Below the pieces are notes generated by a model. That model was given only the letters and a program-made list of their open reading frames with translations, had not been told where the DNA came from and made no database searches. This document shows positions 22,501-29,820 of a stretch of DNA of 64,000 nucleotides, one piece after another. Within the stretch, counting starts at the first letter, position 1; every line of letters begins with the position of its first letter. A program made the position numbers and the translations under genes. This DNA is from Phallusia mammillata (Eukaryota): positions 12,152,001-12,216,000 of the forward strand of contig OZ281494.1 of NCBI GenBank assembly GCA_965637545.1, in the 5' to 3' direction.

Positions 22501-25277
22501 CATCCGACCAACATGTTTTTTCTACCCTCCCGGCAAGGCCGACGATCGTTGCCATCTTCGCCCACAAAAGCATTGCGTTCGCTGGATGACGTAACGCGGC
22601 AGCGGCGGTCACGTGTTCTGTCCTGTTCGGACAATGAGTCACGTGACCCAAGAAAAAATGCAAACCAACCAAAAAATCTTTCGCCTAAAGGTAAAATGAC
22701 ACAAAAGTAAATTCTTCCCTTAATTTAAATCATATCACAGCCCATTTTACGTTCTCCCCAAAAGGGTTTAACACAGTGGTTCTCAAACTTTTTCATTATT
22801 TTTTCAAAACGGTCCCATTGCCATTGTTTTGAGGGCTTGCGGTCCTTAAGCCTAAATGTGTATTTTAGAAAAACGAAAGTTGATTGCAGAATTTTAACTA
22901 GTTATGTAAAATTACGCGTAAGAATGATCTAAAGCAGGGGTGTCCAACCTTTTTGGCCAAAGGGCCACATACGGTTTACGAATGATTGCGCGGGCCACTT
23001 GAGTGTTTACTGCTAATTTGTAATCTTAAAATGGCTGTCCACATGTCCACTTTTCTTAGTATATTCTGTTAGCGTTACTTGCTTTTCGTTTCTTATTTGG
23101 CATAATCTATATCACTGCAGAGTGCGTAAGATATTTTACTGCTGAATGCGTTTTGCGCGAGTGTTTGATATCAGATGTACAACAATGAAGCAAGAAATAT
23201 TGACAGACTCTTGAAGCAAGAGTAAGATTGTGACGTAACAATGCAGAAATTGTGATGCGTAACAATATGCATTGTGGTGCAATAAAAGTAACTTGAACAG
23301 TTGTGTATTACTCTATTAACAAAGAAATAAAGCAAAACAATAAATGCCAATCCTCGGAATGTAAGATCGCCATAAATTGGGCAGGCGTTAAAGTTCATAA
23401 TATAAGTCATTTCGAAAAATACCGCGCGGGCCACGGGTTGGACACCCCTGATCTAAAGACAGTTTGTGACATCGCAGACAAGACAAAAATCATTACGATT
23501 GTGCGCAAACAATTGCTTTTTTTGTTGGTTGTCACGCAATAAAGGCTTTTGTTTAACAATTGAGAAAGTCCATCTTCAATTTTCCTGTGATTTACACTTA
23601 TCCTGTAGCACAAACTAACTGTAAATTAGATCATAGAAGTACGTCAACCTTCTCGCGGTCCCCGCAAAATTGCTTCACGGACCCCTAAAGGACCGCGGAC
23701 CCCAGTTTGAGAACCGCTGGTTTAACACCAGCATTCCAACAATCTATGTTTGTTTCACAGAAAAACAAAATCGACATTCGTTTTTCGCCTCATCATCGTC
23801 ACCGCGGCTGACATCACCATCGTTTCGACGTCATCGTTCGCACGGCGAGTCGCTCAGCAGTGGTTACGTCACACAAGATACCACAGGCCAGTTGTCACCG
23901 GGTGGCGCTAAAGGTCATGCGGATAGGTAAGAAGTGATATCCAGTGACCTAGAATTCAGCAACTACAAACTGTGTCTGAGTTTAGCTCATATAAAAAAAA
24001 ACTGAATTAAACGATAGTCAATACATCCTGTTGCTATCGGTTATGTCCTGCATTGAAAACAAGAACTCTGGCAGTTTTGGTCAAGCTTTTTTTTCGTTAT
24101 TATCTAGTGTTTGTTAGATTTTGATCTTGTTTAACTAACAAAAATGAACAGCAAGCACGTTTATTGCCACATACGAAGCTAAAGCAGGTGAAATCACACA
24201 AGTATTTTGGATTGTATTTTCTCGTAAACCTGGCGTCCCGTGATCCTTTTAAGGAACTTGTGTTTAGAAATGTTTGTTAAAATGTTTCTTGTCTTTTTAT
24301 AGAAGAGCTCGCGACAATTCTTCGATCGAAGACAATTACGAGTGGGATTCCGAGTTTGCCATGGAATCGGAAATCTTGGAAGCTTTGAGGAATTTCGAAA
24401 GCACGAAAAGCACATCATCAATGTCCGCGGTAAGCCTACTTTAACTGAGACTAAAAAGTCAAATATGATATTTTTTGTCGTTTCAGAGGAGATTGACTGT
24501 GTCTGTATTTATTTTGTTGATGCATTTCGGTTTTATGACCAATAATATTTGCAGGAACTTCGGGACGAGTTATTAAAATTTGCTGGAGACGCCAACAGCC
24601 GCAGAACTGCCTCAGCCAGTCGGTTATCACCACGTAGCCCAACCATGGCTGGCAAATCGATGTCACCAACTCGACAGGTAAAACTTTAATATCTTAAGCA
24701 GAAAAATACATGCATTCTTAAGCAAAACCTAATGTATTCATTGTGTATTGGGCAGAGACCTGAAAGTTCAATGGAAGAAACTGAACACACAAAGCAAGAT
24801 ATCGAACGCAGGTGATTGATTGTTTACTAACGGAAATTTTAAACGATTATTTATTATCACTTGCATCTTCAAATCAGAAGAAACCGTGAAACCTTTGGTT
24901 TGGTAAATGGGTGTCTTTGCAAATGTAACCTTACATCAAAGACATATACAGCCGCAAACGCCGCCGATTTGCCTATATTTGCGCCGTCTTGTAAATTACT
25001 GCGATGGGTCACAGGCCTAAGAAGCGACGAACAAAAAATTTCATAGAAAATGCGAAACAAATTGCAAGTAGATTCTCAGAAATGGTATAGTTTTGTGACA
25101 CAACCTGAAATCAGACACGGTTTTTCAATGTGTCGAACAAATTGCAAAAAATCGAACTGCAAACAACTTTTTGTGCGTAGGTGTGCTGCCTTACGACAGG
25201 AATTCCTTCATTTTCGCCTTCTGCAGGAGCAAGCAGATTTTGTGCAACAAAAACCAAGTGATGTTGAACCGAAATAA
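1427..25277 (+). CDS. IGSF9: Gene A: Turtle/IGSF9 (Dasm1)-like Ig-superfamily receptor, 5' partial (first exons upstream of window); Ig1(half)-Ig2-5, 2 FN3, TM, long tail
   Basis: 25 GT-AG exons with closing phases: 1427-1597, alt 7836-7947, 11761-11897, 13476-13605, 13753-13858, 14023-14195, 15712-15854, 16265-16522, 16822-16972, 17191-17305, 17378-17553, 17966-18205, 18693-18887, 19300-19473, 19642-19687, 19862-20013, 20451-20633, 20946-21524, 21680-21741, 21937-22690, 23761-23926, 24303-24429, 24555-24677, 24756-24811, 25181-25277. The isoform from 7836 is 4455 nt = 1484 aa. Domain order and tail motifs NYEWDSEF and RCAALRQEF match IGSF9 motifs as I recall them (not database-checked). Confidence 0.9.
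1674..2438. mobile_element. Older hAT-like element hosting the 1818-2298 MITE
   Basis: Ends tagagtt.../...aactcta; GCCCG(A/T) subterminal repeats at both ends (about 1690-1730 and 2375-2430); flanking 8-mers match 5/8. Confidence 0.45.
1818..2298. mobile_element. Non-autonomous hAT (Charlie-type) MITE, 481 bp
   Basis: TIRs cagtgctcttcaacc / ggttaaagagcactg (14/15); perfect 8-bp TSD GTCTACAC at 1810-1817 and 2299-2306. Confidence 0.92.
5199..5386 (+). promoter_or_regulatory. Putative internal promoter and non-coding first exon of the gene A short isoform
   Basis: TATAAATA at 5199-5206, CRE at 5279, otherwise unexplained GTAAGT donor at 5381; matching acceptor ttccttgcgcag| at 7773. Confidence 0.4.
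7836..7947 (+). CDS. Gene A alternative first coding exon (signal peptide)
   Basis: MFGATLWQRSWKRRWPAAGLLLLFMLATRQALGVKNG then G|gtaagt; phase 1 fits the Ig2 acceptor at 11761. Confidence 0.8.
11761..11897 (+). CDS. Gene A exon: Ig2 N-half
   Basis: cttattgcag|; APPTFTRPLPARYSARVGQPLLLRCHARGVPVPTITWTKGG; donor gtacag is weak, but phase 0 matches gene B. Confidence 0.88.
13476..13605 (+). CDS. Gene A exon: Ig2 C-half
   Basis: SGITVSDGTLRIASLQRSDAGKYTCRAGSVEG; 130 nt, the same length as gene B 48276-48405. Confidence 0.93.
13753..13858 (+). CDS. Gene A exon: Ig3 N-half
   Basis: APPQFVESPQDATEREGENVLFKCKADGYPTNITY; 106 nt as in gene B. Confidence 0.93.
14023..14195 (+). CDS. Gene A exon: Ig3 C-half
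   Basis: WFHNG...GTLVIWNLKSVDRGQITCQASNGYGRAPSVTASLTVL; phase 2-1. Confidence 0.93.
15712..15854 (+). CDS. Gene A exon: Ig4 N-half
   Basis: YAARVVRMP...LHCPAVADPPVTRVIWKKNG; 143 nt as in gene B. Confidence 0.93.
16265..16522 (+). CDS. Gene A exon: Ig4 C-half + Ig5 N-half
   Basis: DSGPYTCTPYNLIGT...PCAGIGDPLPTVTWRK; 258 nt as in gene B. Confidence 0.94.
16822..16972 (+). CDS. Gene A exon: Ig5 C-half
   Basis: GNLSIVSTRKEHHGIWQCVLSNAVGDVT; phase 0-1. Confidence 0.92.
17191..17305 (+). CDS. Gene A exon: FN3-1 N-half
   Basis: TTPHVVQNL...VTWEPNFDGGFPQHFMIW; phase 1-2. Confidence 0.93.
17378..17553 (+). CDS. Gene A exon: FN3-1 C-half
   Basis: LKPNTFYQVSVMPENKLGKGAFS; 176 nt as in gene B. Confidence 0.93.
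17966..18205 (+). CDS. Gene A exon: FN3-2 N-part plus start of loop insert
   Basis: VALEWQP...LGYVIEYRR; donor AAG|gtttgc (an alternative same-phase donor ends the exon at 18196). Confidence 0.85.
18334..18522. mobile_element. Small hAT-type MITE, 189 bp
   Basis: Perfect 13-bp TIR cagtggttcccaa / ttgggaaccactg; no clear TSD. Confidence 0.75.
18693..18887 (+). CDS. Gene A exon: loop with RTRR plus FN3-2 C-part
   Basis: AATSRTRRSVVDSRWERL...YEFHVLAATRLEYTLPSEP; phase 1-1. Confidence 0.92.
19036..19190 (-). mobile_element. Candidate short interspersed repeat (degraded tRNA-type SINE or small MITE)
   Basis: GC-richer island; minus strand has a B-box-like GTTCAAAC; ends form a short inverted repeat ctgcagac/gtctgcag. 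Single copy in the window. Confidence 0.3.
19300..19473 (+). CDS. Gene A exon: transmembrane segment
   Basis: HPVVIGVITGSFAMLAIVALIVLW followed by basic RCRHK...KRR stop-transfer residues. Confidence 0.93.
19642..19687 (+). CDS. Gene A cytoplasmic micro-exon
   Basis: ttattacag|...TG|gtaagt; NTQNVNSFISDDEKR; phase 1-2; tandem donor 3 nt upstream. Confidence 0.8.
19862..20013 (+). CDS. Gene A cytoplasmic exon
   Basis: gctttcag|; open in phase 2-1; CNERDPVDPDD...EFSE. Confidence 0.8.
20451..20633 (+). CDS. Gene A cytoplasmic exon
   Basis: tttgtttag|...GAT G|gtgaga; ends RIISSSRD, continuing GAF, which resembles the IGSF9 RGPDGRF-type motif. Confidence 0.85.
20946..21524 (+). CDS. Gene A cytoplasmic exon (contains EIDCSNSDIEVRY)
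   Basis: Long open frame, phase 1-1; motif shared with gene B. Confidence 0.9.
21680..21741 (+). CDS. Gene A cytoplasmic micro-exon
   Basis: ttttacaag|...GAG|gtgagg; required to convert phase 1 to phase 0. Confidence 0.8.
21937..22690 (+). CDS. Gene A cytoplasmic S/P-rich exon
   Basis: ttgcag|ACT...AAA G|gtaaaa; open 251 codons. Confidence 0.9.
22774..23719. mobile_element. hAT (Charlie-type) MITE, outer element of a nested pair
   Basis: TIRs cagtggttctcaaact / agtttgagaaccgctg (15/16); perfect TSD GTTTAACA at 22766-22773 and 23720-23727. Confidence 0.92.
22935..23450. mobile_element. hAT (Charlie-type) MITE nested in 22774-23719, 516 bp
   Basis: Perfect 15-bp TIR caggggtgtccaacc / ggttggacacccctg; perfect TSD ATCTAAAG at 22927-22934 and 23451-23458. 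Confidence 0.94.
23761..23926 (+). CDS. Gene A cytoplasmic exon (SSGYVTQDT)
   Basis: gtttcacag|...AG|gtaaga; phase 1-2. Confidence 0.88.
24303..24429 (+). CDS. Gene A exon with conserved YEWDSE motif
   Basis: RDNSSIEDNYEWDSEFAMESEILEALRNF, nearly identical to gene B. Confidence 0.92.
24555..24677 (+). CDS. Gene A cytoplasmic exon
   Basis: ELRDELLKF...; phase 0-0; counterpart DLLKELLKL in gene B. Confidence 0.85.
24756..24811 (+). CDS. Gene A penultimate exon
   Basis: 56 nt ending IER-AG|gtgatt; same length and phase as gene B 62949-63004. Confidence 0.85.
25181..25277 (+). CDS. Gene A last coding exon
   Basis: RCAALRQEFLHFR...DVEPK*; AATAAA at 25273, 25508 and 25592. Confidence 0.9.
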
Positions 25278-26347
25278 ACAAATCCAGGGATATACGATTT
25301 TACCTTTAAGGTCTTTCGGATGTATTTTATTTTTTTTTGCAAAAAAATGATTAATTCATGAACATTTTTGACACTGATAAGAGTTAATAATAATGTAGGA
25401 TACACATAAAGTTGCATTTAATCACATAGATGCTGCTGCTTTTTTATGCTGTTTCTTGTTTTTTCACGTTGAGATTTTCCATTAAGTTCCCAACAGTGTT
25501 CCCCTTTAATAAAGATGTATTATGTTTTTTGTTTTTTTAAAGCTGCTTTAGTGTCGGTTACACCTCTATACGCCCCAACATTCTCAAGTTGAATAAAACT
25601 GTTAAGAAGTATAATCTCTTAAACATTTTTTCCAAGTGTCAAAGGAGAGCAAAATAAAATTTACTTGTTCAGCGCTCAGTAACGACATTTAAAACTTTTG
25701 TTTCGATATGATGGTATATTTTGTTGATGTTCTGAATATCAGCATATTAAAGTGTACGTTTTTGAAAATGATTGCAGAAACAACTTTTTTTTACTTAAAA
25801 ATCTTAATGTCCTGTATTCGTCCATAGTCCTTTGAAATTGTCAAGTGTTGCGTTTTCTTAATTGTCTCGATTTCGTAATTTTCAAAATAAAAACTGAATA
25901 CCTTTAACGGTGTTATTTTTGCGATATTAATTTGTGCAAATTTTGCCGCAGTCATTTACCAAATCAGTCCACCTATTTCCACCTGTTGTCTTTTGTTAAA
26001 ACAGGGCCTCAACAGACACACTTTCGATCAAAAACGTTTTTACAAACGTCGCTATAAATTGCCTAAACGTTTGAACAAGGTTATTAAAATAGACTTACTC
26101 TCAGTTTTACCCGAGTATCGATGACGTTTGACATTCGTATGACTCACCTGACTCTCGCATTTTTCCGCCAATCATCGCGTGATAATAATTTATTCATAAC
26201 ATAAGCCAATTGAGAAGCGCGAGAAAAGTAGCGCGATGTTCCGTGAGATAGTCGCATCACGAAATAATATTCATGGAAATCGTTCACAGCGCAAAAGATG
26301 TAAATTATTTATCTACCCTTGTATGTAATATCTTGCAAATTTCACGA

Positions 26348-26556
26348 GTCGGTTATTGGCTGAGATACAGTGTAACGATTTTACTGCATAATGTCAAATA
26401 GGATATCAATATGCTTTTACCCCGTGGAAAACGTGAATTAAACATGACAAGACAAAACTACTATTCTTTTAATTTTCGTTTAAATTTATGGTGTCGGGTT
26501 TTGGCCTAGATACAGTGCAATAATTAACCTGCATAATGGCAAAAAACGGATATTAT
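26348..26556. repeat. Degenerate direct repeat pair (about 63 bp)
   Basis: 26348-26410 resembles 26493-26556 (shared agatacagtg, ctgcataatg and ggatat blocks). Confidence 0.55.
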
Positions 26557-26829
26557 TAAAATAAACAAAAGTTGTTCAAAATGCTTCTTAATCTGGGCTG
26601 TTCTCCTCACTTTTGGGCGTTTTGTGAAACAAGTAGGTTAAACGATTCATACTATACATCAGATAAATTTTGTGGGCAAAATGTTTTTTTTTAATTATTA
26701 TCAATTGTAGTAAACATGGGCGGTTGAGTAATGAGGTTACAAACACCTTTGTCCAAACTTTTGCGATGGAAACAAACTTAATTCGGACAGCCCATTCTCA
26801 AAATAAATTTCTTTGTCGTCTGGGGGAAT

Positions 26830-27288
26830 ACCATAATGCAAACATAAAAAAGTTAGGCATAAGTGAAAGCCATGCATTTTTTATGCTAAAACTTCTACAA
26901 CTTAACACGCCATTGTCTGTAAATTTACGTTCCAACAGTCAAATGACTTAAGATGAACCGTTTTGAAAACGAATCATAGCACATCAAGCCCATTGAAGGC
27001 GTAATACCAAAACAAACCGGTGTCCCAAACATTCCCATATGGCTAGGTACAGACTAAATAAATTAAGGCTGATCCTAATATGAATGTATGTACATCTTAG
27101 CATTTTAAAAATAAGTTTTGCACGCAAACTTTTTCAGCTTTAACCAGTGCCAACCTTCTTACTGTCACAATCCATCTGAAGTCACAACTCAAAATATGTT
27201 TTTTGTTGTCTTCAGTAAAACTATAATGCAAAAACCAAGAAGTTGGGCATGTGTGAAATATTTGAATCTTTTATGCTAAAACTTTATA
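26830..27288. repeat. Degenerate direct repeat pair (about 69 bp)
   Basis: 26830-26898 resembles 27220-27288 (shared ataatgcaaa, aagtt.ggcat, gtgaaa and ttttatgctaaaactt blocks). Confidence 0.55.
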
Positions 27289-27309
27289 TACTTTTACCAT
27301 GATTAGATG

Positions 27310-27579
27310 GCGGGCCGCACCTTTATATAACACAAGGTGATTTTACTTCGTTGCAGACCAAATATGCCTATGTTGAGGTAACACGTAAATCTCGCATCTA
27401 ATTCTAGCCGCATTATTGTCAGGTCGTAGTAAAATACCGCCAGGCGCATTGATCTGTTCAAAAATAGATAATAATTAGACTATTTTTTAGTACATTTGAA
27501 ATCCAAGCGTCTCTGTGGGCCGCACTACCTTTAAGTAATTTCCGTATTTGGGCCGCGGGCCGCAGGTTGCACACGCCTG
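27310..27579. mobile_element. hAT-type element fragment (right end)
   Basis: GGGCCGC subterminal repeats and the terminus ggttgcacacgcctg followed by ctttagac; left end unclear (possibly about 27145). Confidence 0.55.
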
Positions 27580-29328
27580 CTTTAGACAGTTTGCGGTCAC
27601 AAATCAAAGTCACAATCCGCACGATGTCGCTAGGCGTAGTATCGATTGGGTAAGAATCCGGATCGTGTTGGGCTCACGTCCAACAAGGGAGCGATAATTC
27701 TCTTGCGTTTGTGATCAATAATAACTTAATCGTCGCTACCGCGCAATAAACACTTACCATAATGAAGTGAGATTTACTCCGTATGCCTTTCCTTTGTTAA
27801 CGCGCTATGACATCATAATCTGTCAATGCGTCGCACATGGCAGCAATACCGTGTAGATCTGTGCACAAAAAGCATTAGTAATCAGTTAAGGTAATACAGT
27901 ACGCAAGGGTCCAAATACTTCCATAGGGGAGTCATAGCAGTATCGTTGAGTGGAATAACTTTCAAAACGTCACTTATTCCATTTTTGTCACTGACATTGG
28001 GCGTTGCAGTCACTGAAAAATGACATAGGACACATAAAATTATTAATGGTAAAGGCACCCACACAGTATTGCAAAAGACTTAGATAATTTTCAATTGTAA
28101 TCCGTCAGCTGTAAAAGCAGGTGACAATACCTTTCTGGGCAAGATTAGCCAGATGCTCAATTACGAAAACATCTTTAACCAAATGACTATTCTACGCAGA
28201 TCTTACATCATGCCAGCTTTTTACCACCATGTCCACCATGCACCTAGTTGCTAAATTTTCCGTGATTTACAAGGCTATAAACCACAGGCAAAATACGAAA
28301 AATCCATTCAGGCCACCATAAAATCGCTGCCTTCTTCTTTTTTCCCCGGCGCGTGTGACGCAATAAAGCGATTGCGCTTGGAGAGAGCCTTGGCTGTTTA
28401 CCGACTGAGCTAAGGATTTATTCTCGAACGAAGCTTCATTTCGAATAAGCGCATGTTGAATAAGATAGCACTCGAAAAGGCAGCTTCGGTCAGGTCAGGG
28501 CTAGTCGATTTATAAACATAACTGGACTGTCCAAGATTATTACCAGTTTAAAACGTTTTTGCAAGTCATTTAGGTAAATGAAAGGCGAAAAACAAAGTAC
28601 AAGCTTTAGCACGTGAGTCTTGCGTGATTAAACGGTCTTCTAAGCGTATTTCGTGAAGCCATGTAGCCCACTTAGGATATTAAACATTTTATAGAAACAA
28701 ACTTAAAAAACGTCAAATTGTTATATACTACAGGGTATCAATAATATTTTGGCCATAAGCAATAGTTTTTGCGCTTCAAACCAGCTTCAATGACAGTACA
28801 CATTCGTGAAAGTGATCCATATTTCGCACCTACCCGAAACACGTCTTGAAAGATAATTACGTTGAAAGGCAGCCTGCATCTGACATGTTTAATCCAGAGG
28901 CCTGTCACTAAAATGTGTGAGGTGTACAACATGGGATTAACACCTCATTGATAAGGTTGCCAGGTTGACAAACGGCAGTTCTGTCGTCGCACTGTCTGTA
29001 CGAACGAGTCACTCTGAGTCTGAAAGGAATAGGGAATAAGATGTCTTGAAACGACAGGTCAAGCACTAAAGTTGATTGTTTTTTACCGACACGATACAGA
29101 ATATATCGTAATCGTAACGATTTCGCAACATATTTCACTGCCCACAGTTAGTTTTGGCAGCTTGCCTTTGAAAACAAATTGAGCGAACAATGGTTAATAT
29201 GATTAGTATTGGTTCGCAATGCATTTAATGAAGCAAACTGATTCAGCACAGTAACAGTTAAAACGAATAAACGAAAGGAAGCGATGTTGGAAGTGCAAAG
29301 TGCAATAAATAATCATTAAATTGCACAC

Positions 29329-29400
29329 TATATAAGCGTGGCGGTGCATTGAACTGTTCATTTGTACGTTAACTGTCTTTATGACTCTTTATATGTGAGT
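29329..29400 (+). promoter_or_regulatory. Putative TATA/Inr core promoter and 35-nt non-coding exon 1 of gene B
   Basis: TATATAAG at 29329; Inr-like TTCATTT with A at 29360 (31 nt downstream); GTGAGT donor at 29395; acceptor caattccccag| at 29672. Confidence 0.5.
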
Positions 29401-29768
29401 TTACAGCTGGTTATTTTAATTTAGCTAGTTATTGGTTGTGATTTTCCATAGCTTAATGCTTTTAGTTGTGTGTTCCACTTTTTAGCCAAAGTTACGACTA
29501 AACAAACGGTGTAAATTTCTTGCCAACTTGAACGCAATTTACTACTGCCTTGTTTTAAAACTCCACGCTAAGCGCATCTTTTAAATTTTAAATGATCACA
29601 TAGTTATACGTCCAAACCAACACTTTGATGACCTCCCGCATGGACTTTCCAATCTGTTTGTCAATTCCCCAGGCTCTTGTAGTATCATGTGGATCACTTA
29701 AGGCGGTATTAAACTTATTCGAGAATGATACTATTGATCACTGTGACGTGGCAAGCATAAACTTTGGG

Positions 29769-29820
29769 ATGTATTCCTGTCCAAGATTTCTGCTCATAGG
29801 ATTTGGACTCGCCAATTTCG
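29769..29820 (+). CDS. Gene B first coding exon (signal peptide)
   Basis: MYSCPRFLLIGFGLANF + G|gtaagt splices to VHCLTG..., giving the signal peptide MYSCPRFLLIGFGLANFVHC; in-frame upstream ATG at 29640 is an alternative start. Confidence 0.78.

Noticed and set aside
21313-22672. Minus-strand and off-frame ORFs over gene A tail exons (likewise 54663-55247 and 60009-61315 in gene B)
   Set aside because: Antisense or frame shadows of GC-richer coding exons, with no independent splice or domain signal.
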